Both the position numbers and the translations under genes were made by a program. Of a stretch of 64,000 nt of DNA, positions 1 through 11,010 are shown piece by piece; positions within the stretch are counted from its first letter, which is position 1; every line of letters begins with the position of its first letter. The stretch is from assembly GCA_051313645.2 (NCBI GenBank), contig JBNRSN020000011.1:127224001-127288000 (forward strand). Direction: 5' to 3'. The stretch is from Centroscyllium fabricii (taxonomy: Eukaryota). The notes under the pieces are model-generated. The model worked only from the letters and a program-made list of their open reading frames with translations, ran no database searches and was not told the DNA's origin.

Positions 1-177
1 AAAGCTTTAATCGACTACATTATCACTATGTACAAAGACGGGTTTTACCATGCTTCCAGGTGAAGCGTTCACCCCATACTGAGCAGTTCCAGTATTTATA
101 CTAACAGAAAACAGGAAGTGACATGTACAGAGTTCACCCCTTAGCCTTCCCCCGGAAGTCTGTTCAATATTACCACA
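1..177 (-). mobile_element. Partial LTR, minus strand, running off the window start
   Basis: Minus strand begins TGTGGTAATATTG. Similar along its length to the minus-strand LTR at ~33175-33372. Confidence 0.6.
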
Positions 178-353
178 GACATTATACGTACTGCCATTGT
201 AAAAATGCTGAACACAATCTTGTATAATGTACAGTTAAAATGTTGATATAGATTAACCGATTGTTACGTTAATTAGTATTTTCTTAACTGTTGTTGTAAG
301 TATTTACCTTCTCTGTAAGATAAGGGACGACGTGTTATCTAAAAGGGGAGGGA

Positions 354-570
354 TGTAGTGTATGTGATAAGGCGTATAATGGGCAGCCTGTGAGCCTATA
401 ACAGAGATGCACTATTTCATGTATGGTGGAAGAACACTGTAATACCTCTTTAGGCCACCTAGTATAAATAGCGCTGTACTGCAAGTTGTATTCAGTTTCG
501 ACTTGGGCGTTGCCGAGTAAAGACTTCTTGTTTGTTGTTGATCTGTGTCCGAGTATTTATTGTACTACCA
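354..570 (+). mobile_element. 3' LTR of an LTR retroelement
   Basis: Polypurine tract AAAAGGGGAGGGA (341-353) directly before TGTAGT; TATAAATA at ~463, AGTAAA at ~516; ends ACTACCA. Confidence 0.6.
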
Positions 571-1218
571 ACACAATAGGCGGGACCAGGCCCGTGCCAG
601 GAAAGTGAAAATCCTGAACGATTGAAACTTCGGCGAGTGCATGCGCAGACCATTCAAAATGGCCACCCCGAAAGGGCCATTTTGAATGGTCTGCGCATGC
701 GCTTATCGTTCAGTAAGGCCCAGCTCGGGGAGGCTCAGTAGGGCCCGGCCCGGCTCGTGGAGCCCCAGCCCAGCTCGGGAAGGCCTGATAAGGCGAGGCC
801 CAGCTCGGGAAGGCTCGGTAAGGCGAGGCGAGGCCCGGCTCGGGAAGCCCCGGCCCAGCTCGGTAATGCCCGGCCCGGCTCGGGAAGGCTTGGTAAGGCG
901 AGGCGGGGCCTAGCTCGGGAAGCCCTGGCCCAGCTCGGTAAGGCGAGGCTTGGCTCAGGAAGCCGCGGCCCGGCTCGGTAAGGTGAGGCTCAGCCCGGGA
1001 TCGTTCGGCAACGCATGCGCAGATCATTAAAAACTTCACCCCGGCCAGTGTGAATGATCTGCGCATGCGCGCGCCGTTCGGCGGCGCATGCGCAGATCAT
1101 TCACTGAAGCATCAATCGCGGCGGACATTTTGCGCATGCGCAGGGTAGTTGGGGCAATTTGTTCCGGATGACTGAAGCTGCCGGTTTATCGAATAACGGA
1201 TTAACGGTGCACAACCTG
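571..1218. mobile_element. Right part of a Tc1/mariner (Tigger-like) MITE
   Basis: Ends CGGATTAACGGTGCACAACCTG followed by TA, resembling the TIR of the MITE at 15517-15951. Shares GCGCATGCGC-rich internal motifs with it. Confidence 0.55.
714..1000. repeat. GC-rich minisatellite of degenerate CCC(A/G)GCTCGG(G/T)AAGG units
   Basis: Many imperfect tandem units are visible; the overlapping low-complexity ORFs are artefacts of it. Confidence 0.85.
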
Positions 1219-2872
1219 TATAATCAATAGGGCCCTTCATTTAAAAAGGAAGCAGTGGTAAAAAGAGAATTCTTGATCTGGATTATAGTGATCTCCAGTA
1301 GAAATGTTGTCTTTCTGCTGGGTGGACCTAAGGCTGCAGGTGGAGACTAGCGAATTGTGGATTTAAACCAGGAAAAGACAAATGGTGCAAGGCCCTGGGA
1401 CTGTGTAGGATGGGTTTGTTTGATTTGGATGATAGGAAAACTACGGCAAAGTACAGGGAGTAGGAGTCATTATTGAAAAACATTTACAAACAAATGGTTC
1501 TTGTGCATTGCGGTTAAAACACAAACACATCATCTTTTTCTTGCTTTTCTCTCAGTCACTTGCATTTATATCTTCCTGAGGTAACTTCTATTTTTTGAAA
1601 GCTGTCACTTTCTGTAAGCCTCCAGTTTATCTCCCACAGGTGTATAAGTATTAAGTAATTAATTTTCAAAGTCTCTGAGAAGTGGAACAACATCAAAGAA
1701 TGCTGCAGGGCTATGATGATCAAAGTTAATCAGGATCTATCTCAGATTGGGAGAGCTCCAGGATTTTCATGTGCTTTAGTATCGCATGACATTGCCAAAT
1801 TAAAATGAAGTGCTTTTCAACCAAATGTATTCTGAACAAATACTTTGATTTTTTTTTAACTAACCGAAATTTCAATATAACTTACTGGAGGAATACTGTT
1901 GTTGCCTTCACATAGCTTAGTTTGGCAGCATGAAGAAAGTTTACCTACCCTGTTGAGTCTTTCAGTGATATGCATTCGCCACAAGCTGCTCGACATGACC
2001 AAGACTTTACAATGTTCTGGGGAAATCATGTGGTGAGTCATACTTTCTAGTGATGCTTTTCAGAATTGACATGCACACGTATCAAGAATCGTTGGGTAGT
2101 GCTGACCAAGGCAGCTCCCCCTGTCTTTATGTCCATGCCCACCCTGTGCACATGGCTGAAGCAACATTTCATTTTGACTTACAAATGAGGAAACAATGAA
2201 ATCAACAACTTGCTTACTCTGAACTCACTGTGTGGAGAATGGATATAATTTGAAGAAATAAGACACTACAAGGCAGTCAATGTTGCTTTATTTTTTAAGC
2301 ATCTTCCACACAGCCTGGTCCAGGTGGTAGGGGATCACCTGGGGGGGGAACAGAAGCCTCAGCTGCCAGGGTGGGCTGACCAAAGGTGGAGCCAACTACA
2401 GCTGCTAAGTTGAAACAGTAATACTCTTTTAAAGTAGGAAGGCTACCCAGGTAGCAACATTGCAGATAGAATCATATAGGATACCCAAGAGGCAGCAGTG
2501 CAATGATCTTTAACAGGATTGCTGGGTTTTTAGCCAGAGAGTGAGAGTCTTTCATAGACGCAATCAAGGATTGATCTAGTGGGGTTTTGTTTTGAAGCTG
2601 GTCTACTCTGGGCATTATGATGATGGATCACTTGCTCATAGAATAGGCACAAGCATTGTAATAATTTGAAAATGAGGTGGAAGTCATGCCAAAACCCCGT
2701 CTGCCTCATTTTCTTGGGTTTCCACTTGGCAGAGGCCCGAATGAGCGATGCCCACAGTTAATCTTCTGTATTACTTTCGGCTGCCCCCTCAGATTGGAGG
2801 GCGAGAGCTCAGACAGCAAGTGCATGGAGGTAGGGACACCTGTTTATACAGGACCTGCAAGGTGAACACTAG

Positions 2873-3546
2873 GGGGGAAAAATTCAGTATCGCCCCGTTT
2901 GGGGCGCCATTATCGGCCGTGCGCAAAGTTTAGTGCCTGGCACTAATTATCACTTCCGATGGCAAACTTGACTTTTGTCACCCCTGGAGGTGATTGGAGC
3001 GCTAAATCAGGCGCTTCACACCTGTCTTAAGGCGCAAAGGCCGAGGAGTGAGGCGCTACCTCAGAGCGCTGGTGAAGCAAGGAAGAGCAAATCAAAATGA
3101 ACCTGAAAAGTGCTGCTCAGTACCCAAAACTCCTTCACACAGCGTTGAATCTCTCCAAAAGTCTCTCTCTCTCTCAGAATGCGTGGTGCAAAAATGTCAC
3201 CAACAAAAAAAGGCAGAAAGCAGTCGCCTTTAAATAGCGCTCCCCCAGTCCCTTTCTGACGGCAAAACGCTCCCCTCAACCTGTCATTGCTAGCGGTAGG
3301 CAGTAAGACAGGGGGCGCCACTCAATATACGGTCCGGGGTGCTACCGGGGCATTGCGGACTCGACTGATGTCACGATCTGACGGTGCTGATCATCGTGGC
3401 GGTAGTGTTTCGTGCCGCCGCAAAATGTCTAGTTAATTTTGCGAGTGGCGCAAACATCGCCACGCCCGAGCGCTCGTTGCTTTGCGCCCCATTAGCGCCC
3501 TCTTAAGGCGCTAACTGGAGGTGTAAACAACTGAATTTTTTCCCCC
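2873..3546. mobile_element. Non-autonomous DNA transposon (PIF/Harbinger-like MITE)
   Basis: TIRs GGGGGAAAAATTCAGT / ACTGAATTTTTTCCCCC, with TAG on both sides (3-bp TSD). Confidence 0.7.
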
Positions 3547-4191
3547 TAGGTCTGGAGACCTTCTGGCTGCTGTTTTGAGAAAGGATTCGGTGGTCAGTTG
3601 TACCCCTTCCCTGCCTCTTTCCAAGAGATACAAAAATACTGACTGAATTTTGCTGCTAAGGCAGAGATCCATGGAATATGGAATCTGCATATTTATTTAA
3701 TGAATTGTGGTTTTTATTTATCTAAGGAAACAGCATTTTTTCTAAAAAACAATCACTGAAACAATTAATTTGATGTCTGAAAAATATTAATAGATTTACA
3801 AACCAGACCTGGCCACAGCCCCCAATCTGATAAACCTGGGACCCTCCCCACCCCAGCCCCCTCCCCCATCACTCCCAACACTATTTGGTTTCAACAAATG
3901 TCACTCCAATTGGTAATTACCTTCTCTTTCCCTATTTCAAACTTTTTGCTTAAGCAGCAACATTTTGAGGAGTTAAATTGATCCAGTTCAATAAGAAATT
4001 TGGGAAACAGAATACCCAGTTTACCACAATGTGAACATGGTAGTGCATAGGCATAACCATAACTGGCCAGTGACACGGACAAGTCGGGTTTCCTTGCTCA
4101 TTCATATTTCCATTCAATATGTTCTTTATCTAATTATTCTTACTGATCTTCTCATTATGTAAGGAGCTAATCCCTATGAATCTAATCCCAT

Positions 4192-4727
4192 GCCCGTGTT
4201 ACCTCTAGATGTGAGCATTCCAACGCATTCCTGGTTGGCCTCCCATCTTCTACCCTCCATAAACCTAAGGTCCTCCAAAACTCGCACCAAGTTTGGTCGC
4301 CCATCACCCTGACCAACATTGGCTCCCGGTTAAGCAACGCCTCGATTTTAAAATTCTCATCCTTGTTTTCAAATCCCTCCATGGCCCTGCCCCTCCCTCT
4401 GTCTGTAACCTCTTCCAGCCCTACAACCCTCCGAGATAGCTGCGCTTCTCTAATTCTGGCCTCTTGCGCATCCCCGATTTTAATGGCTCCATCCTCCATT
4501 GGCGGCTCACCTGCCAAGGCCCTAAGCTCTGGAGTCCCCTCCCTATACCTCTCTGCCTCTCTGACCCTCTTTCCTCCTTTAAGATGCTCCTTAAAACCTA
4601 CCTCTTACCTGCTCTAATAACTCCATATGTGGCTTGATGTCAAATTTTGTTTGATAACACTTCTGTGATGCACCTATTGATGTTTTACTATGCTAAAGGT
4701 GCTATATAAATGCAAGTTGTTGTTGTT
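4192..4727 (+). mobile_element. L2 LINE 3' fragment
   Basis: Degenerate L2 RT C-terminal sequence ending GCTATATAAATGCAAG(TTG)n, the same tail as the Deu-domain SINEs. Confidence 0.65.
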
Positions 4728-5810
4728 AATGCTAATTGACATTCTAATTATCCAGTGCAACTAATTATTAATCTGCGGTTAAACAAATTTATCCAAATTT
4801 TCCAAGGAATATGTAAGTACAAGCAAGCTAATTAAATCTTGGTCAGTTCGAGATTCTCACAGAAAGCAGTAATGAAGTAGTTAAATCCAGCAAGAGATAC
4901 TGTTATGGATTGCTGCTATAATCCCCACTTAATATGATTAATTTAATAATTTAGTTGCTATGTACCCTGTTGCTATGCTTCAGGCTTCATAAGTAATTCG
5001 GTGCTTAAAAAGATTGATGATGAGATTACATTATTCCTTTTATATCCCACCTGTAACTCCCACCCAAAACAAGTGAGCTTATGTCTGTTTAACAGCAAGA
5101 CCCAAGAAACAACAGTAAAACATTATCCGTGCATTCTTACTGTACTTTGAGGGATTGTCATGTCTGCCACTGACATTCATTTAAATATCATTTAGCCAGA
5201 TTACTCTGCACCAGACTATTTCTAAAGATTCAGTGCTGTGAAATCTCCTGGCTGATGTAACTGTAAGATGTTCAAAGCTTTAAAAACATAACTAGGACAA
5301 TTTCTTCAATAAAAGGTAAAAGAAAATCCGTAGTAATGAGTCAGCATCTAAAAGAGAAAGCTAGATTAACAGTTCAATTCGGGTCCTTCATCAGAAACTT
5401 CAGGAAGATCACAAAGACAAGTGCAGATGAGTGAGGCCATTCAGCCCATGAGCCTCATTCTTCCACAGAGACCAATGATACCCGCATCACAGCATATTAC
5501 AGTTTCTTGAATAACCTCAGGGGGTTTGCCTCCAGTACTCAGAAAGGGACCAATCCAAACATTAACTTGACTTCCTCCTCCAGGTGCTGACAGCCGTGCT
5601 GTGTATTACCAACATTTCCTCTAGTTAAACAATAATGGTTAACATTTGGACTTGTACTAGCTATGGCTTTCAAATGGATTTAAACTATCTCAGTAAAGCT
5701 GTTGGAGTGCAAAGAAGAAGCAGGTGAAACACTTGAATTAAGCAATAACACATAACAATGTGCAAGAAGTCACACAACACCAGGTTATAGTCCAACAGTT
5801 TTATTTTAAA

Positions 5811-5848
5811 TCACAAGCTTTCGGAGCAGCTGCTCCTTCGTCAGGTGA
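5811..5848 (-). ncRNA. Minimal type I hammerhead ribozyme (Penelope)
   Basis: Minus strand reads UCAC-CUGACGA-AGGAGCAGCUGCUCC-GAAA-GCUU-GUGA: core boxes, stems I and II, and palindromic AGCU in place of stem III. Confidence 0.85.
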
Positions 5849-6308
5849 AAGAGAAGTTGATTTAAAGAACGCACATATGGAAGGGAGAGAGAAATCTGAT
5901 CTCCCACATCTCACCTTGGCAAAGAGACAAACAAAGCACACAAAGGTGTATTAACATATTTCAACATGTCAGTCTGAGATCAATGAGGCACAGTCACAAG
6001 GGGTCAAATGCTGTAAAACACACAGAATGATTTAAAAAAAAGGAATTTCCTTACAAGACAAAGATGTCTCTGGTCTGGATGACTCTACTTCAGGCAGGGT
6101 CACATGTAGCGTGACATGAAGCCGATATCACGGTTGAGGCCGTCCTCATGGTTGCGGAATTTGGCTATCAGCCTCTGCTCGACGATTTTGCATTGTTGTG
6201 TGTCTCGAAGGCCGCCTTGGAGAATGCTTACCCGAAGATCGGAGGCTGAATGTCCTTCACTGCTTAAATGTTCCCCGACTGGGAGGGAACACTCCTGCCT
6301 GGCATGGT

Positions 6309-7907
6309 AATCCCCGCATGGGAGATTTCTACTGCCTCCCAAAGATACACAAAGCCAACACACCTGGATGCCCTATTGTATCAGGCAGCGGAACCCTATG
6401 TGAGAACCTCTCTGGATACATTGAGGGCATCCTGAAACCCATCGTACAGAGAACCCCCAGCTTTTGTCGCGACACTACAGACTTCTTACAAAAACTCAGC
6501 ACCCACGGACCAGTTGAACCAGGAACACTCCTTGCCACAATGGACATCTCGGCGCGCTACACCAGTATCCCCCACGATGACAGCATCGCTGCGACAGCTT
6601 CAGTACTCAACACCAACAACAACCAATCTCCAGACATCATCCTACAACTCATCTGCTTCATCCTTGACCACAATATTTTCACCTTCGACAACAATTTTTT
6701 TACCCAAACACACCGAACAGCCATGGGGACCAAATTCGCACCCCAATCCGCCAACATCTTCATGCACAAGTTCGAGCAAGACTTCTTCGCTACACAGTAC
6801 TTCCAACCAACGCTATACACCAGATACATCGACGACATTTTCCTCCTGTGGACCCACGGTGAAGAATCACTGAAAAGACTACACAATAACATAAACACGT
6901 TCCATCCCACCATCAAACTCACCATAGACTACTCCTCAGAATCGGTTTCATTCTTGGACACACGAATCTCCATCAAAAATGGACACCTCAGCACTTCCCT
7001 CTACCGCAAATCCACGGACAACCTCAGGATGCTCCACTACTCCAGCTTCCACCCAAACCACGTTAAAGAAGCCATCCCCTATGGACAAGCCCTGCGAATA
7101 CACAGGATCTGCTCAGATGAGGAGGAACACGACAGACACCTACAGACACGAAAAGACGCCCTCGTAAGAACGGGATATGACACTCGACTCATCGATCGAC
7201 AGTTCCGACAGGCCACAATGAAAAATCGCATAGACCTCCTCAGAAGACGACCACGGGACACAACCAACAGAGTACCCTTTGTCGTCCAGTACTTCCCCGG
7301 AGCGGAGAAACTACGCCATGTTCTTCGCAGCCTTCAACATGTCATTGATGATGATGAACACCTCGCTAAGGCCATCCCCACGCCTCCACTACTCGCCTTC
7401 AAACAGCCGCCTAACCTCAAACAGACTATCATTCGCAGCAAATTACCCAGCCCTCAGGAGAACAGAAACCATGACACCACACAACCCTGCCACAGCAACC
7501 TCTGCAAAACATGCCAAATCATCAGCACAGATACCATCATCACACGTGAGGACACCACACACCAGGTACATGGTACATACTCATGTAACTCGACCAATGT
7601 TGTCTACCTCATACATTGCAGGAAAGGATGCCCCGGGGCATGGTACATCGGCGAGACCATGCAGACACTTCGACAATGGATGAACGGACACCGCACAACA
7701 ATTGCCAAGCAGGAGTGTTCCCTCCCAGTCGGGGAACATTTCAGCAGTGAAGGACATTCAGCCTCCAATCTTCGGGTAAGCATTCTCCTCGGCGGCCTTC
7801 GAGACACACGACAACGCAAAATCGGCGAGCAGAGGCTGATAGCCAAATTCCGCACCCATGAGGACGGCCTCAACCGTGATATCGGCTTCATGTCACGCTA
7901 CATGTGA
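6309..7907 (+). CDS. Penelope RT plus GIY-YIG endonuclease (N-terminally truncated)
   Basis: FYCLPKIHK, MGTKFAP, YIDDIF, SFLDTRI RT motifs; NVVYLIHC...WYIGET GIY-YIG; C-terminal GLNRD. The annotated ORF start at 6198 lies in the inverted arm. Confidence 0.92.
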   Translation, partial: NPRMGDFYCLPKIHKANTPGCPIVSGSGTLCENLSGYIEGILKPIVQRTPSFCRDTTDFLQKLSTHGPVEPGTLLATMDISARYTSIPHDDSIAATASVLNTNNNQSPDIILQLICFILDHNIFTFDNNFFTQTHRTAMGTKFAPQSANIFMHKFEQDFFATQYFQPTLYTRYIDDIFLLWTHGEESLKRLHNNINTFHPTIKLTIDYSSESVSFLDTRISIKNGHLSTSLYRKSTDNLRMLHYSSFHPNHVKEAIPYGQALRIHRICSDEEEHDRHLQTRKDALVRTGYDTRLIDRQFRQATMKNRIDLLRRRPRDTTNRVPFVVQYFPGAEKLRHVLRSLQHVIDDDEHLAKAIPTPPLLAFKQPPNLKQTIIRSKLPSPQENRNHDTTQPCHSNLCKTCQIISTDTIITREDTTHQVHGTYSCNSTNVVYLIHCRKGCPGAWYIGETMQTLRQWMNGHRTTIAKQECSLPVGEHFSSEGHSASNLRVSILLGGLRDTRQRKIGEQRLIAKFRTHEDGLNRDIGFMSRYM

Positions 7908-8170
7908 CCCTGCCTGACGTAGAGTCATCCAGACCAGAGACATCTTTGTCTTGTAAGGAAATTCCTTTTTTAAAAATCATTCTGTGTGTTTTTTAAGCAT
8001 TTGACCCCTTGTGATTGTGCCTCATTGATCTCAGACTGATATGTTAAAATATGTTAATACACCTTTGTGTGCTCTGTTTGTCTCTTTGCTAAGGTGAGAT
8101 GTGGGAGATCAGATTTCTCTCTCCCTTCCATATGTGCGTTCTTTAAATCAACTTCTCTTTCACCTGACGA

Positions 8171-8925
8171 TGTAATGGGTGTAGGTTGGGCCCAAATGCA
8201 ATACACCGAAACAGCATATGTAGAAGTAAACTACTTTATTTCTGAGCAGTAGAAGACACTGGTAACAGTGGGTCGATATATAGGCAGAAAGTTCACAGAG
8301 GCAACAAGTCCAAAACAGAGGTCAGGCAGAAGAGAATCCACTGTAATGGGTGTAGGTTGGGCCCAAATGCAATACACCGAAACAGCATATGTAGAAGTAA
8401 ACTACTTTATTTCTGAGCAGTAGAAGACACTGGTAACAGTGGGTCGATATATAGGCAGAAAGTTCACGGAGGCAACAAGTCCAAAACAGAGGTCAGGCAG
8501 AAGAGAATCGAAATACCAAAAACAGATCAATACCGGGTAGTCAGTCCACAAAAGCAACAAATCCAAACGGGGCCAGGCAGAAGAGAATCCAAATTCCAAA
8601 AACAGATCAATACCGGGTAGTCAGTCCATGAAAGCGACAAATCCAAACGGGGTCAGGCAGAAGAGAGTCCACGATCCAGAAAGGAGGTCAGTATCTCGAC
8701 CAGGCAGGATAAGAGAGCTAAGAACAAACACAGGTTACCTCAGTCAGAAAGCACAAAACAATCTGGCACCACTGGGTAGAAAACAGGGGTTTAAATACAG
8801 CTCCTGATTGTCACTGGTGACTCTGGGCTGTTCAATCAGGTGCGAGCAGTGGAGCTAACGAGGTGGTTGCCAAGCAGAGCTAATGAGGTAGTTGCCAGTT
8901 AAAGAGGAAGAGCCAACCTATGACA
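8171..8925 (-). mobile_element. Solo LTR with internal tandem duplications, inserted in the Penelope hammerhead
   Basis: TG...CA ends; 5-bp TSD GACGA (8166-8170, 8926-8930); 171-bp duplication (8171-8341 and from 8342); ~77-bp repeats; AATAAA and TATTTAAA on the minus strand. Confidence 0.85.
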
Positions 8926-9882
8926 GACGAAGGAGCAGCTGCTCCGAAAGCTTGTGATTTAAAATAAAACTGTTGGACTATAACCTGGTGTTGTGTGACT
9001 TCTTGCGTTTGTCCACTCCAGTCCAACACCGGCACCTCCACAACATAACAATGTGATGCAACAAAAAAATTGAGAGGACAGTAAAAGACTGAGAAGACCA
9101 TACACCAGAACTATCCTGATGACCCTCTGAGTTTATCTGGTGAAAGCTGAGGCGTACAGACCAAGAAGGTACCAGGTTTCTGAGTTAGTTCATCTCAGCC
9201 GAGGTGGTGTTCGAATGGTGCAATCGACTTCATTGCCCAAGAATAGGGAATGGAAAATTGGCCAGGATTCCCGGTCCTATGTGCTATCCTGTGACTCCAG
9301 CTGGAACTGCACATGTGTGGGCAATGGGGGAGGACAGGATCAGTCTCAACTGTGATGCCTCCCTCACTGCAGTTGAAGAGTCTGCCCGCTGACACACATA
9401 TGAATATTGAATAATGGCGACCTAGGTGAAGTGCTTGGCAGTGGATCACACTAGTATGGGTTGACAACACCTACGGGAAAGAATCAGGGGGGAAATTGAA
9501 AAAGAAACAATTTATGTCAAGAGTGTATTTTTGTCTATGAGGTTGTATGCTTTTATGCTGTGGTAACCGTTCTATTCCACTGTATTCCACAGTTATTCCA
9601 ATGTATTACCATGACTAATTATGGGCTGTGCAGATGTTGGGCACAGCCCTGTTTACTGTAATCTTGTTGGGAGCCAGGTCAGCCACACCCCCGACTCCTC
9701 CCCTTGTGAGGCTCTATATAGGTGTGGTCTGACCGGGGCTCCACCCAGTTCTGTACAGTTGTTCGTCTGGAGAGTAGCTCCATTGTTTAGCAATTAAAAG
9801 CCTTTTAGTTTCGATATCTACTTGTCGTCTTTTAATTGGAGTAATCGACGATACTACAATTTTAATTGCTAAAAGATTTAAA

Positions 9883-11010
9883 ATGGATAGCAGCACGGTA
9901 AAGCCTGAGAAGCTGGACATCAGTCCCCAGGACGCCGCTGCGCCCGCTACCTTCAAACACTGGTTCGGCCTACTGGAGGCCTACACAGAAGCCGCCAAGG
10001 CTACTACGGACAAGGACAAGCTACATGTCCTGAGATCCAGGATCTCCAGCAGGGTATTCACCCTCGTCATGGACGCCTAGACCTACGAAAAGACCGTAGA
10101 AGTCCTAAAAAAATGTTACGAGCGCCCGGTCCATTCCGTCTACGCCCGACATGTGCTGGCGACCCGATCCCAGCTACCGGGTGAGTCAAACGAGGAGTTT
10201 GAGCAAGCGCTCCTGGCCCTGGTACGGGCCTGTGGCTGCAAGGGCACGACTATTGCACAGGAGGAAGAACTCCTCGCTCGGGACGCTTATGTCACAGGAC
10301 TAAGGTGTGTGGAAGCCTGTCAGAGGCTACTAGAGAGGGACAATTTAACCCTCGATTTAACCCTCGAGGAGGCGGCCACGTTAGCCAAATCGGTAGAGGG
10401 GGCCCGTAGCAAGTTACAGGCGTACAGCAGCACAAACCCGCAAGCCTACAACGTATGGGCCGCGCCACAACAGGCCCAAGCCTGGGCGCCACGGGCCGAG
10501 GCCCCCACGATGGCCGCGACGGCCACTAAAGACATTAAAAACAAACACTGTTACTTCTGCGGCCAAGGACTGCACCCTAGAGCGAAATGTCCAGCCAGGA
10601 CAGCGACCTGTGATAGATGTTCGAAGAAGGGGCACTTCGCTAAGGCCTGCAAGTCAGCTCCAGCAGCATCTCCACCAGCGCCTAGCAAAAGGTACAACAG
10701 TGCAGCCTGTGAAAGCACCGACCAGGTAAGATGCATTAGCAGCGCGATCCAGCGACGGTACGGGGGTAGACAACGAGCGCCCCCACCCCCCACCCCTTCT
10801 TACCTGATGCAGAGAAGGCCGGCCAAGTGTGACCCCCCAACGCGGCCGGCTGCGTGCGAATCACGGGCACCGCCAACCCGATCACCGCGGTCCGCTGCGT
10901 GCGAATCACGGGCGCCGCCAGCACGTTCACAGAGCCAGAGCCCCTCCATATGCAGGCCTAGGACGACGCCATCTTTTGTACGGGGTCCCATAGCTGCGGG
11001 CCAGGGGTGA
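9883..11010 (+). pseudogene. gag: gag of element A (one in-frame stop at 10078-10080)
   Basis: Double zinc knuckle CYFCG..HPRAKC..CDRCSKKGHFAKAC. Confidence 0.9.

Larger units (their letters stand above)
5763..9042 (+). mobile_element. Penelope-like element, 5'-truncated, with an inverted copy of its 3' end at the 5' side
   Basis: 5763-~6308 is the reverse complement of the element's 3' region (~7700-9006, excluding the LTR insertion). Flanked by the direct repeat ACATAACAATGTG (5750-5762, 9043-9055). Confidence 0.92.

Noticed and set aside
686-1066. Arg/Gly/Pro-rich ORFs on both strands
   Set aside because: They are translations of a GC-rich minisatellite inside a MITE.
1856-2230. Possible host exons (splice-like motifs, 61-aa ORF)
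   Set aside because: No recognisable protein and no consistent frame.
5340-5625. Additional hammerheads
   Set aside because: Old PLE-end remnants with mutated GAAA or missing core; unlikely to be functional.
10900-11010. Programmed gag-pol frameshift in elements A-D
   Set aside because: Frame offsets are inconsistent between copies (-1, +1, +1, -1) and fall in repeat or poly-C tracts, which fits indel decay.
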